A DNA stretch of 62,557 nucleotides, the filler included, from Choristocarpus tenellus KU-1152 (Eukaryota; Protista; Phaeophyceae): assembly GCA_964200185.2 (NCBI GenBank). It is 12 parts of 12 records of this genome, joined end to end, with 100 filler letters (N's around TTAATTAATTAA, not from the genome) between each part and the next. Parts side by side here need not be neighbours in the genome. Positions count along the whole stretch, not along the records: positions 22,804 to 26,431 come from CAXNAD020018865.1; positions 26,532 to 29,239 come from CAXNAD020025435.1; positions 29,340 to 36,927 come from CAXNAD020005921.1; 9 more parts are not named here. One strand, given 5' to 3'. Below, one piece after another: positions 22,826 to 36,400 of this stretch. The translations under genes and the position numbers were made by a program. Every line of letters starts with the position of its first letter. The first letter of the stretch is position 1. The notes beneath the pieces were generated by a model, which worked only from the letters and a program-made list of their open reading frames with translations, did no database searches and was not told where the DNA came from.

Positions 22826-25800
22826 TACTTGAGTTACATGGTAAAACATACACTGAATATTATCCACTGGGCCTTTGTCTTAGCCTTCAATTATCTCTGA
22901 TGTATGACCAAAGACTGACCCATCATACTGCTATGCATGTTACTACTTTGTATTGTACCGAACTAAAGATAAACGTACATGAAACCTATGTTATATACTT
23001 GTTTCAGCACAGACAACGTAAGGATAACACTAGGTTATTCGACATCCTCCCCTTGCTGAAAACAAGAATTAACTCTCAAACAATCGCATTAACAAAAAAA
23101 AATATCACACATGTTACCTTAAATGTTCATCAAAAACTCGAACTGGCAATTTCTTAGTCAGCACATCTGCCCTCTGATTTGCAGTACCAACAGAAACAAC
23201 ACGAACCTCTCCTTTTCTAGACAAGTTCTTCAGAAAATGGTGTGGGACATCAATGTGCTTTGTTCTAGTAGAGCTTATGGCATTTCGTGCTAGTTTGCAT
23301 GCACCATTGTTGTCCTCAAACATGTCAAAGCAACGCCTAGGACACTGTGACTGAATAAACTCAAAAAGGCTTCTCAAGAAAATAATTCCTGTACCACACT
23401 GCTAAGAGCTATGTATTCACTATCCGTGGAAGACAGAGCTACAACTCTTTGTACCTTTGTCATCCAAGATATTGCCCCTCCTGCAAACATTATTGCTCCT
23501 CCAGTCACTGATCTACGATCATTCCAGTCTCCAGCATAACTAGCATTAGCATACGCACTCAACTCACACTCAGTATCAAAACCAACCAAAACTCAATCCA
23601 ACATTGGGACACATATTTAAATGTCCTAAAATACATTTCACTGCACGCCAATGTGTGACTTTGGGATTGCTACTGTACTTGGCAACTTCACGAATTGCCT
23701 TTGCAATGTCAAGCCTAGTCATAACAGATGCCCACATCAAACTACCAACTGCCTCTCTGTACGGTGTACTTTTATCAACACTTGAATGATTCTCACTCTT
23801 GTCTAAAGTCCTTGAGAGATCGTGAGGTACCGCCCTCTTCTTAGCCCCATCTATACCAAATCTTTGACACTCTTAATGTACCTAGTCTGACTGATGGTGG
23901 CAGTCTGTGCAGTTCTGTCACGTGAAATCTCACAACCCATATAATACTCAATATCACCAAAATCTTCTATGGAAAACTGCTCTTTAATCCTAGAGCAAAC
24001 CCAAATCAAAACATCTATGTTACAAACTACTAAAAGATCGTCTACGTGGGGGGCTATCACAGCACAAACAACGCCATTTCTCACATAGAATAACACACAG
24101 GGATCTGCTCTGCATTGCTCAAAATCACACTGTTCCAAAATATGCACCAACAAATTATTGATCTCCCTGCTAGCCTGTTTGGTGCCATAAAGAGTTTTTT
24201 CACTAAACGAACAAAGATCTCTTCACCACTGTCTGCTTGTATAAATGCTTGCTTCACATCCCAATGCTTTAATTCCCAATCTTTGTCTGCAGCTAATTCT
24301 AAAACCGTTTTCAAAGATGCAGGGGGCGGTGTTGGAGCAAAGGTATCTTGGCAATCTAAAGCCTCAATCTGTCAAAAACATTTTGCTACCAAACGTGCCT
24401 TGTATCTAACTACCTCACCATTTTTCTTAGTCTTACGCTTGTGAATCCATTTAGTGTCTATTGCCCTGCGTCCAGGGGGTAATACAGCCTCCACCCAAAC
24501 ATTATTCAATAACAAACCAGACATCTCTTCTTCTCTAGCTCGATCCATAAATCACATTCGGGAGAGCTACGTGCTGCTCTTACAGTCTTGGGCTCCGGAG
24601 GGAGCTCATCCGCTAACACTCTAATAGACTTTTCATTCACACAAATCACAAGGGTAGTCTCAATGGAATACAGACGAAACTCTTAAAAAAAAAAAACAGG
24701 AGAAAAATCAAAGAAGCTTGCACAGCCACCAGATGAACTGCTTGCACAATGGTGACCTCAGCGTCCAGTCTCCACTTCCTGAACTCTCACCAATAAAGAC
24801 CTTCATCCATAACAATAAAAGCCTCTCTTATATTCCCCTTGTCCTCTCGATCTGTCCAGGAGATACTATTCTCAACACCCCCCAGCTCTTGGACTGAGAG
24901 TAGATACGATGTGTCCTCTAGTCCTCAGGAGATACGAAGGGAAGTATGCAGATAACAAAAAAAAAACATTACTACCATCTCGTCCTCATCCTTCAAGCAG
25001 AGCGTTAGGATACAAGATTGCATGCTATATTTCGGACAAATGTTACAGACGCCAAAGTAACATGCACCCACTCATCGCAGCCACACATTGAATTTCCAAT
25101 CAATCTTGCCATACCCCACAATGGGTAGTGATGTGCTGTCAGCCACAGTCATTTTGCAGCCTTATCGACATGTGGTGAAGTCATGTATGTACTTTGGGTC
25201 TTTCATCACATTATTGGAAGTCCCCGAGTCAAAACACCATATGTCGAAAGCATTCGTTCTCACCTTGCCATTTCAGTCACAGCGACTAACATGGTCTTTA
25301 AACTTCCTTCCTGCTGTAGCCGGTTCCTCTGATCCAGCTAGTTCTTCCGCCGACTCTAGTGGAGTTGCCCTCTGGCGATATGAACTTACCACCGACTTTG
25401 GTGGTCCCACCATCCTCGAGGGCAAACAGCTTGCTGGTGGCCTCTTCTCCCGCAGCTGTAGCACAGTCCTTTACATGTGCAAGGACCAGTGTGTTTTACC
25501 AATCCGCACCTTGTGCATATTTCTCTGGCCTTGGTCAGCCCCCTCGTAAGGAATCCTGTCGTCCCAGGGTGTGTACGAGGACCAATCGTACCTTGTTTGC
25601 CACTTCGGCTAACCTTTAGCTGGGTCTGGGCGGACAGAGCGCTCCCTGGCCCTCCGCGATCAGCTGCTTCCCGTTGATGAGAGAAGTAGCGCGAACGAGC
25701 AGCTTGCTGTATCGTGACTCTCGAACGCTCACTCTTATGATGGTGCTAGAGATAACGCTTGGCAATCTGGTAGTCGTCATCCAAACAATCTAACATAGCG

Positions 25801-26431
25801 ATTTCTAGGACCTGCTTGGATATTACATGCCCCATCATCGTCATCTGGCCAACCCAGTCCAACATCATTGTAAAAATGATTTGGGGGTCTAACCCCCGCG
25901 GCATCTTGACTGTCGTCACCCTCCTTTGGAATCTGGCTATTTTCTCATCTGAGTGGATAAGGAAGTGATCACGTAGCTGTTACCAAGCTCCTGATGGCGA
26001 TGCTGCATTTTGGAAAATGCACCTGTAGAACCCACTGGTACTTCATAACAGGACGTCATAAGCCTTGTTGGCCTTGGTGACCTCTTCTTCAATGACATCT
26101 TCCCCCTTAGTGAATTCAATGTCACCCACTCTGATGGGTTCCCTTCTATGCTCCAATGCCTCATCAATATCCCCCTTCGCCCCCCAAAATGTACGGGTTG
26201 GCGCGAACCAGTCTGCATAGTTGTCATCCGTGAGTTGAAGGATTTTGGTGTGGATCCCACCTGAGGCCATGAGTGATGTAATACCAACTCAAACCAAACC
26301 AGTCCGGCTGCGCCTCCCCTAGCTAGAGTTTGGATTATGGCCCTTAAGCGTGTTGAGAACCTTGGCGCATATAAGGCTCGTCACCGAAAGCAAGTACAGT
26401 AGGTACCCCGATTTTGTTCACCCATGGGCAT
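22826..26431 (-). mobile_element. Degenerate Ty1/Copia LTR retrotransposon (gag, protease, RT, RNase H; integrase core not seen)
   Basis: Protease WCFDSGTS at about 25235. RT motifs HWDVKQAFIQA, ADPCV and APHVDDLLV. RNase H motifs AYANASYAGDWNDRRSVTG, VALSSTDSEY, FEDNNGA, RTKHIDV and QRADVLTK. PPT (minus strand GCAAGGGGAGGA) abuts the LTR end at 23044; the other LTR boundary TGTTG is at 26351. Many stops and frameshifts. Confidence 0.92.
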
Positions 26432-26531
26432 NNNNNNNNNNNNNNNNNNNNNNNNNNNNNNNNNNNNNNNNNNNNTTAATTAATTAANNNNNNNNNNNNN
26501 NNNNNNNNNNNNNNNNNNNNNNNNNNNNNNN

Positions 26532-27500
26532 ACTTGTGCATCAGGAGTCCTATACGTACATCAGTATCATCTATAGGCCCGTAGATTGGAGCTATACATC
26601 CTGTGGAGGTAAGCTTTGAGGGGCGCCTGTAACAGGTACTCCTTGACACAGGTGCAGATCTCATCTATCTTTGTGAAAATTGCTTACCACAGCTCAACAT
26701 GGCAGGCAAACGTACCTTAAATACAGCAAACCTTAGAGGGTGCAATATTCCACCTGTGCTGGTACCAAGGTCATGCAAACTTGTAATAGCGTTTACCCCA
26801 GAGGAAAAAGTGCGCAATATGGCTTTTAGGATAGTGGTAGGGCTGCCATACAAAATTATTTTTAGGTACAACATTTTGTAGACAACACTAGAGTGAACTG
26901 CCATTTAGAGAAGGCCAATACTCCCAACCATCACCACTGCCACCATGGGTACCTTTTGTCAACATTCCAGCACCTAGATCGAGCAGTAACAATGTACCCT
27001 TGTCAGACCTTAGCAAATGGCATTGTGGTACAAAGGAAAGTCCTAAGATGGATAATTGTTAGATTAGGTAACTAAACAGAAGAAATGAACAGCTTTAACT
27101 TACTACAGTTAGATTTTTATCATGCCTTCTAGGACCTTCACAACTCTAACACAAGACCATGTCCAACTAATGTTCCCACCCAAGAACAACTCTTGCCTCG
27201 ATAGGATGTGGTACGTGTCTTCCCTCTAGGTTCTAGTGTCAGACAATTTGGATGGAAGCTGAAGAGACTGGTAGGACAAGGTTCAGTTTTGGAGTTCAAG
27301 TCACCCCACTTGAGGGTATGGTTAAAGAACGGAGGTAAGGAGGAATTCAGCAGAAGAGAGATGAGTGCCTCCTCCAGAAAACCTTCCAGCAGGCAACAAC
27401 TGTATGCCTGAAGGACAAGGTGAGGTTCAGGCGGTACATGTTAGAACAAGAGATTAAAGCAATGATAATCATAGGCACTGAAAGGAACACGAGACAGCAG
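26532..27500 (-). pseudogene. Highly degenerate Penelope-like reverse transcriptase remnant
   Basis: Fragmentary minus-strand motifs in the expected order: LLRSDKGTLLLLD (cf. ADKG..VIMD), GKRYYK..GTSTGG (cf. Y.Q..G.AMG) and IYGPIDDT (cf. Y.RYIDD). No long ORF. Confidence 0.4.
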
Positions 27501-28872
27501 AAGTTGGAATGAAGAAGCTGCCACATTTTACCACACATTAATATACATTGGTTCTATAGGCTGAAGTCCTTCAAAAAAGACCATCACTGAACTCACTACT
27601 TTTTATTTTTTATTTATTTTTCCCTTTCCTATTCTGTAACAACTCTCTGTGATCTTGAGTCCTTTTGTTTTTCTAAAGTTTATTTAGTTTTAGTCTCATC
27701 CCATCATCCCATGATTTTTAATTTCATTTTCTTTTCATAGTTGTTACTCTCCTTATTTACTGAGAGTTTTTAGTTTATTTTTTCCTTTTACTTTTTGTGC
27801 TATTTTTTTTTTTTACTATTCAGTTTCCACTTTGTTACCCTCATCATCCTCACTATTTTCATCTATTTTGTTTCTCTCTATTTATTACTATTATAGTACT
27901 AATTGCTGCTCTCATCGTCCCCTCCTTATTTATTTAATCTTAATTTTTGTCATTGCCTGTTTGCATACTAGCAGCCTTGAATATGCTTTGTGTATGGGGG
28001 GCATAGGACAGGCAATAATCAGATGCTGTGTAGGTCATGAATGATATAAGTCTAATCCTTGATAGCATTTGCATTTATATAACCGGGAAGATTGGAAAGG
28101 AAGATATACAGATTGTTATGACCAATCAGAGCCATGTATTTTGTAACCTTTGAAGGTCCAGTTGAAAATAAATAAATGTATACTCAGACTAGGTCAGGGG
28201 CAATCTGACTCTAATGGTATTCTGTGACCCTTTGGAAAGTTTTCCCAGGTTAAACAAGGACATTTGCTGACCTGTTTTGAGGCTAGTTGGAGTTATATAT
28301 ATTTTAAAATAAAAGTATATACTCTTATCTAGTCAGACATATATTGATCTTGACTGTGTCTTACGACTTTTGAGGATCCGTTATCAAAGGAAACGAGGGG
28401 ATTGTTATCATTGTTGGAATCCATGGGTTAATTTAGAACTGGAGTCCCTATGTCGGAGAAAACTGGCAGTCTGAACTAAAGCCCCCATGTTACCAAATGG
28501 CAATTATGCATGCCACCACAGCATGATCTAAGGTGATAGATATTTATTATCCAGATAATGATTATTGCCTGTAGAAAGCATGGAAGAGGTAGTCCCTGCA
28601 TGGAACATAAGATAGCAGAAGTCAGAAATAACAAGTAACCCATATCCGACCAGACAGTAACTTTCATAGGATGCTTTTATTTACTTTCTCTTTTTTTCAT
28701 TTTCACTTCTTTGCTATTTTTATTTTATTTCATTTTTTTTCTATCTCCCTTTCTATCAGACCAGGTACCCCCTTACGCCCTTACTATGCTCTACCTTCAA
28801 TTCTTTCTTTTGTTTCCCTTGTATCCTCTATTTTATTTTTTTTATTCTTTATTTTGGGTGCTGATGTTGATG

Positions 28873-28941
28873 TTATTGCCTGTTTTTCGCACTAGCAGTC
28901 GTCAGAATGCTTCGTGCTGGGGGGCATGAGACAGGCAATAA
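28873..28941 (-). ncRNA. Degenerate type III hammerhead-like motif; second copy at 27952-28018
   Basis: Minus strand TTATTGCCTGT-CTC-ATGC..GCAT-T-CTGACGA-CTGCTAGTGC-GAAA-A-ACAGGCAATAA has an 11-bp closing stem, CUGANGA and GAAA in the right order. Junction geometry and stem II are imperfect. Confidence 0.4.
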
Positions 28942-30895
28942 TCAGATGATACTTGGCACTCTAGGGAAGCTGCTTTTTAGAGAGAATGATTATATCCTCA
29001 GATTAGGCTAGATGTAGACAGATTTCCCCAAGTAAGTCAAGGATAGATGTTGTGGACCTAGTAGGAGTACGGTATCCTTTTTCTCTCCCTACTTTTTTTT
29101 GCAACAGGATGGTCTGAGGTGATTTGATGATATCTGTTGTCTTCACCGGTGAAAATCGCCTGAGGTAAGTGTGAAACATCTATCGCTAGTTCACGCTGGG
29201 GTGTATGTTACAGGCGAATAGCACGAGCGTTTCTACTTGNNNNNNNNNNNNNNNNNNNNNNNNNNNNNNNNNNNNNNNNNNNNTTAATTAATTAANNNNN
29301 NNNNNNNNNNNNNNNNNNNNNNNNNNNNNNNNNNNNNNNCAGTTAGCCAACAAGTCTTCGGGGGGGGGGGGACAGTTGATGACAGGAGCAATAGAAGCGA
29401 GGAAAGGTGAAAAAAAGGAAAAATAATTATTCAGTCCTGGAGGACGTTGGGTCTGTATGGATGTGCACCAGTAGGCATGCGCCAGAGACCAGGTAAGCTC
29501 AACAGTGGCCATAAAAATATTATTATCAATGCGAAGCAGAGTTAGGGTTACTTGGAGAAAATAATTCGTTCGGGGTGTGGACCTTGTGCTGGAACCAAGT
29601 TGGGGTGACGCGGATTAATGACTTCCGTGGCATCGAATAGATCGACGCTGAAACTGTCAGACATACAGCTATGCAGTTGCAAAGTTCTGTGTATTGCCCA
29701 TTTGATCAGTAAAGATTGCATATTGTGTGAATAAGATAACTGCACCTTTCGAAAGTGGACGTAAATAATAGTGCAACAGTACCACTACGTAATGAACGTT
29801 GCAATAAATGTTTGTTGTGTCACCTTCAAGAGTAAGGTAGCCATCCTGAAGCAGGGGAAACCATGACTCCGCCACCTTGGGGTCGCCCTATACATGGGAA
29901 CGGAACAAAGAGGTAGGGGACCTTATTGCTACGCCAAAATGATGTATAGACATGGATATAAGAAAGGAAAGGAAAAGATCGAAGACAGGGGCAGAGTTAG
30001 GGCTCGACCTTTGTACAGTAATCTCTCATATACTCTCACAAGAGAGTAACTTAATGACTAGCGCACAGAGCAATATACATGGCCACTATCTGGAAATCGT
30101 AAAAAGGGAACTAGCCGTAAGAGGATAAGAATGCACATATTGCGGAGGTACAGGTTTGATGGCTGAAGCACCAGGCAGCAGTCAAGAATTCATTCATACC
30201 GATGGTCCCCATATTGGGGTGTCTGCCAGTCCAGGTTCTTTGAACGCCACCAGCGGAAGACTTCCACCAACGATTATAGCTGCCGTAGTCTTCGCTATCC
30301 ATTTTTTTCGCGACATACTTCCCCCTGATCGCTGTTGGGCACACATACGTGTATAAGCCTGTTCGAGAAACGAGGACATGCAAGATGACAACTCATGTTC
30401 CTCATCCACTGCAGTGAAGGAGATCTATTTCTACGACAATCCAGCAAATGGAAGAGATAATTCCAAAACCCAAGGGATGGTGCCTGTTCGAAATCTCTCC
30501 TGCACAAGGGGATTGTGGTCCGCTATCACAAATCATTGAAGTTCATGTATAAGAGTTGAAGGTAACATGTTCATCAACACCAAATACCTGAGCTCTCAAA
30601 GGCCGCGCCACAGGGCCAGGTGGCACAGACCATGCTATGCATGGACATGCACAAGCACAAATGGCAGCAGCACAGAGGTAGTGTCCGGGCATGGTCCAAC
30701 ACACAACCTATTGTTCCTCAGTAACCATCTGGTTTGGGAATTACATTACTATTGTTGTTTTCAAGTGCGCCATAGCGGCCCAGAGCTATGGCATATGCTA
30801 CAGAAAAAGTCGGTTCACATCATTAACCAATAGTGAGTTGTAGCATTTGAGTCAAACCTGCCTCTCTCCACTCAGCGAAGCAGGGAGGCAAGCCG

Positions 30896-31204
30896 ATGCA
30901 TCCGCTGGTGCGAGATCTACTGAAACGCTTCGTCATTGTTTCCCGACATCACCCAGGCGGTGAATGCTGGGTAAAGGAAAGAGTGAAGAAGGGGTTACAA
31001 CCTTACTCCAAACTCCAAGATGAAGTGGATATTAAAAGGGCTGTTGCGAAGGGACGCCGTGCGGCACGCGAAGCCGCGGCGTTCTCTAGCTTTGCGCGAT
31101 ATCGTATCTTGCGTAATAGGTATGGCAAGAATTCCAGATGTTCTGTTAAAGTAGCAGAAGATCAAGAGATTGTGAAAGGTGTGGGAAGAGACAATAGAGA
31201 GTAA
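30896..31204 (+). CDS. LYR-motif (Complex1_LYR family) protein, LYRM5/ETFRF1-like
   Basis: MHPLVRDLLKRFVIVSRHHPGG...DEVDIKRAVAKGR...RYRILRNRY follows the LYRM5 pattern (VxxLYK...YP.G...EI..A.A.G...KYR.LK.RY). A polypyrimidine tract and CAG at about 30857-30875 suggest an upstream exon. Confidence 0.7.
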   Translation: MHPLVRDLLKRFVIVSRHHPGGECWVKERVKKGLQPYSKLQDEVDIKRAVAKGRRAAREAAAFSSFARYRILRNRYGKNSRCSVKVAEDQEIVKGVGRDNRE

Positions 31205-33453
31205 CAGCAGTTTTGCACCTCTTAGAACAACTCTTACTTGGCTCAGTCATAAATCATAGCTACGCCACTGTCGTATTATGTGTTCATAGAGATATTGACG
31301 TTCACAAGGCATTTACAGTGCAAGTGAAAATGAGATTCTCTCGGTTCAGAGTGCAAGCTTTCTTTATTTGTTGAATTAGGTCAAGTCGAAAAGCGCGTCT
31401 AATGACCTTGAGAGGGGCTGGCGGTGGTACTCCTGTAATTCATGTCTTTCAATTGCATAATATCTACCCCTCAGCAGACATGACTTCTCCAGAATTCGAC
31501 GTATGTGTATCTCCTCAGTGACAAGCAAAGACGATAGTTTATGTTGACCCCAACTTCGTCACAGTTTAATTTGTTTATAGTGTCAATCTAAATTCTTAAT
31601 GATACTATTTGAATGAATGGCTCCCACTGATACAGTGGTATTGGTCGTCGGTTTGACAAGACAATTGAGTCTCCATAGGGAAGATACCACCTCCAGTGGT
31701 ATAAACAGAAGCTCGTGCAATTTGCTTCAGACAATGAACAATGGATTTTTTCTTGTAGACAAGTTATGCACCTTGATTTAGCTCCATGTTTGTCACTGGA
31801 TCCCACTTGGATTTCTTATATCCTCAAGTGTGATGGTACCTGGTATCGTTCCGAAGAATAAAATAGTATGATGCTTGTATAATATTGACATTTTTTGTCA
31901 TTACCCATTTCTTTTGTGATACTGTGAATGCTTGAAGGCAGAGTAGTATCTTGACAAGATTAAGGGGTGGGGTCACTACATGAGGAAATAGAAAAATTAC
32001 AATTTCTAGGACAATAGAAGTGTGTGTAGACTTTCCAATCCCATCGCAGGGTCCCTCAAGGTGATTGGTGCTGTTGGTTAACATTGGAGGTTTTCAGAGT
32101 GTTACAAGTATGTGCTGAATTGCAAGCTTCATTTTAAAATCCATAGCACTTTGTTGGTGTTGGTCCTGAACTCATAATATCAGCCAGCTCAATGATACCT
32201 AGACAAAAAGAGAGATACCACCCAACCTGTGCAGGCTCACCCCTATTCTTCAGGTCCAGCCTGTTGGAAAATGCAGTTCAGATTTTGACCTTCATCCAAA
32301 AGTAGGAGAATGGCACCATTGCTATGTCCACGTATGTGTTGTACTAGATAAATGGGCATGATCAAAGGAGAAAATGCAGGAACACCTGCTTCCAGACATT
32401 AGCTTTTCATTGTGTGGAAGTGGGGATATGCATGTACTCGCTTGGGAGGATGAATAGTTTCATCAGCAGAAGGTTGATAAGAAGTACATTTAGTACTATC
32501 TACTCTTGTTTCATATAGACTCCATAGCATTTTCGAGGATGGTGACAAAATCATCAATGCTGTGATTTCATTTTCCTATATGTTGAAAGCAATGATGGAG
32601 AAAGTACACCACAGTCAAGACTGAATGTCATATTATTAACCCCCCAGAATGAAGAACACACATGATCGTGTTCGGTTTTGTCATAGCATCTGAAACGCCA
32701 CTGCTGCTTGCTAGTTGTATCAAAACCGTTACCCATTGATTGATAGAAGAAACTCCAAGTAATAACTGTTGTTAACTTGCTGGTCGATCTGTTGTTGAAA
32801 TAGATCCTTATGATACAAATGGTGTAGGTGTAGTTAACATCAGGTGAGATGAATACATGAAAAATGGCACACATAACAACAGTATTATTATGTTATTTCT
32901 CGTCACAATACCTCAAGGTAAGAAGGACGAACATTTTGATAGTTGCTATTGAATACCCATTGACACTTTGCAGGGATGTTGTCACGTAACTGATAGTAAT
33001 GAAGACATCACAAGCCATGCGATTCAATGTAAAACAAATCGCGACAGTTTTTCGTTTCAATTAACCCTTTAATATTGATGTTCAAAACAAGAAAATGATA
33101 TTGGACGTAGTAGTAGTACTAATACTTACCATACAAGGGCGATAGGGAAGGTGAAGGTAGTGTCCAACCATAGTTACAAGAAAAAAAAATCGTCAGGAAG
33201 AGTGTACCTGTAAATTTAATATTTTTTACTGTCTTAATAAATACAAATGAGACCGTCAACCATGTTTCCTCTCACAAAACATATTAAAAATAATCTTCAA
33301 CCACTTTTATCTTACATAACTTCGATAGTGGTGGTTGAGTGTTACGTTTCTTTTGAAGACATTTTAAAATCAAATCAATCAATCAACTCTGGGGCGCCCC
33401 AGAGCGAAGTATAACGTCAAAAAGTGGCATAGAGGAGAGATAGTACCAACAAC

Positions 33454-36400
33454 ATGCCGTCGACGGTGAGACCTTCCATCCTTATCACAAGTGAAGCATC
33501 TTTCAGCATGAAGAGGCAAGCGAAACATGGGAGGTTGTGCGACAACACAAAGGCAATAATTGCCTTGGTACTATGGTGTGTTGCGCCTATTCTATCGTTT
33601 CGGACAACGGTCAATGTAGAGAGAGGGCGCAGTCCATGTTTACATGCTGCAAGGAAGCCAGATGATGGTCTCTCTCTCTCCAATACACCTACTATTCCCG
33701 CAAATTTCAGCGCCGACTTTCTGGCGACTTCTACACCCATTGTTCAACCTGTGACATCCTTGTTATTCGAGGCCGCAAAGGTGGTCAAGGACGCCGCCGT
33801 CAAGGCGACCCTAACACCTGTACACGAGTATGTCAAGTCGAAGGAGCGCGTCGATATGGCCATTAAGGCGGAAGAAGAACAGGCCACCGAGGAAAAATCT
33901 CGTGAAAACATGGTGGAAATGATCCCGCAACCTATTCGAAGTGCCCAAGAAGGCTTGCGAAGGGCTGTAGAAGTACCTGGAGAAATGTTGGATGGGGTAG
34001 TAGAAGCTGTTGAGGAAGTTGCTACTTTGCCCGCACAACTAAAGCGTGAGGTGCAGGAAATCGCCGCCGTGGCTCAGAATGCAATGGATACGATAGCCTC
34101 TACCCCGCAAAGAGTGCAGGAGGTGGCGGAAATGGCGGCAGCAGTCCCCCGGAAGATTGATCAGGGCCTAAACGAAACCGCCGCATTGTTTAATGATGCT
34201 CGTAAAACCATTCAGGCGTTGCCAGTGGAGACGAGGAGACTGGTTAAGACTGTCGAAAATGAGATACAGGAGGCGGCGCAGGTCGGCGAGAGTTTACCTT
34301 CGAGGTGAGGAGTACCTGATACCGTAGATTATGTGGTAAGTGTAGACGAACACGTCAACTCTGTACCATATTGTGGAGAAAGAGGGTGTGTGGGAGCTAT
34401 GCTGTTAGAGAAAGAACACTGTTTACCAGGATGTGCTAGCATAGTTGTCAGTTTTCCTTGATACGTGTAGCACCTGCGCCGATCAGCATGGTCATAGCTC
34501 ATCCTGGAGTGTGATTACCTACTCAAAATGAGCATACAAAGTCCTCACCTTTGACTTCAACAGAGCATGGACAAAGAGCATCAGATCGCGACATTAAACA
34601 GTTCTTTAGCGCAGGAGATATTTTCAAGAAGTTTTTGTAATCATAATCTCAGCTCAAGTTGTGGATGGAAGATCTATAGTTGTGTACTTACTAAGGGTCC
34701 AGCTACACCGTCCTTTTTAATTGCCCTTCTCGTCTTTGGAAGGCCCTGTGATCCCCATCAATCAGGTAGGAAGCTTGTGGCCTACAGTGCAGCTTATACT
34801 AACCATGTGCTTGCCTTCGAATCTTTAACCTTCCATCCCGCCACATTGTCCAAGGATTGAGAACCTGATGGAGGGTGCAAGTCAACGTCTTCGTGATGGA
34901 TTTCGCGATGTAAGAAAAGCTGGAGCGAGGTCAGGTATAGACCTTGCTCAGACGGCTGCAGAAGCCGGGATCACCATGGCTGAACCCCTGCTGCGTTCGG
35001 CATTGCTGCCCCTGTACAAGTATAGGAGGTCTTCTCTGCGGGTTGGAGCTGCTGTGGAGGAGGAACGTAGGATGCTACCGTCACCCCGACCAGGTTTAGA
35101 TGAATAGTTGAGGGGAATGATGTGGCAGAGTTCAGGGGGTATTGTTAAGGCTATGAGGAGAGGGGTGATTTTTAGCTTTGCTGCAGGTCTAGTTCATAAG
35201 ACTACTTGTTATATGACAGTTTGTGGTGCTGTTTAGCAATGTTATCTATTGGGGTAGTCATCACTTTCCTTCAGTGGGGTGTGGAGTGAGGTGATGAATG
35301 CTCACCACTCTTGATATCCTGTTCCTTCCACCCCATGTCCCATCTTTTGACTGTGTAGGTACTGTACAAGAAATGGAAGTTGAAGCACCACCTTCCAGCC
35401 CAGAGTCAAGCTTAAATAACACAGGGAAGATAGAAGAGGAATCAGAGAAGGAAGGAGTTCCCACTGGGGATACTGACTTTGATGAAGAAGTAGTAACAAA
35501 ACCAAGTGGGGAAGAGGAAGCAAAGAAGACAAACCACACAAGAAAAAGGATGGGCAGTCTTCGGAGGAGATGGGGGGCATTAATCTCTTCCCGTGGAAGG
35601 AAGAAACAGTCCCGCCCCCTCACAAGTGCTGTTGCCCTGGCCCCCACTTCTCTGGCAGTGAAATCTGATGTCAAGGAGAATGAAAATACGACTCCTGGGG
35701 AGAGTGATATTGGTGGAAGCAATGTGATGACTGAAGCAGTTGTTGATAAAAGTCCTGCACCTGCTATTGTTGCCGAAGTGACCTCTGACCAGGCTGTAGG
35801 TAAGAGTACTCCCATCAGCAGGGGTAGTAAAATGTTGGCTGAGGTGGTGGGGCAAGAGGGGGGAGAGTTGGAAGAGTTTTTGATAGTGGAGGAGGACCAG
35901 CCAGTGCCAGAAAGGGGGGCTGATGTCACTGGTACTGCAACCTCTGATATGACAGCTTCTGCAGTGGTAGCTTCAACTGTTACACCTCTGTCAGCAGCCC
36001 CAGAACTTGCTTCTGCTGCAACCTTTGCTCCTCGCACCACAAGTGCTACCCGCTCATCTTCTGCCTGGAAGAGGCGACCCTGGCAGCCATCAAAGACCCC
36101 AGCAGTAGCCCAACAATCCCGCTATATGTTGGAGCAGGCAGTAGGCAGGCCTGCAACTGTGCTGCCATCAGTCGCTGCTGTCAACACCAGTGCTGCCACT
36201 GCAACCAACAGGGGCAGTGCTATCAACAGTGCCACCGATACGAGTCCAACCACTTTCATCAACCCTACCCCTGACACCCAACTGGTTACCCAACCTGCCA
36301 TAGTCGCCGACCCCATCAATGCCTCCACCCCCCACACTGTTAGGAGTGCCCTCACTGTCTCCGACCTCATTGCCACTAAGCCGGACACCCTCATCAACAC

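Noticed and set aside
29340-30860. Minus-strand multi-exon gene opposite the LYR gene
   Set aside because: Short ORFs with no recognisable domain and no consistent splice chain that I could build.
35261-36040. 259-aa minus-strand ORF
   Set aside because: Antisense shadow of the spliced plus-strand exon 35359-36682.
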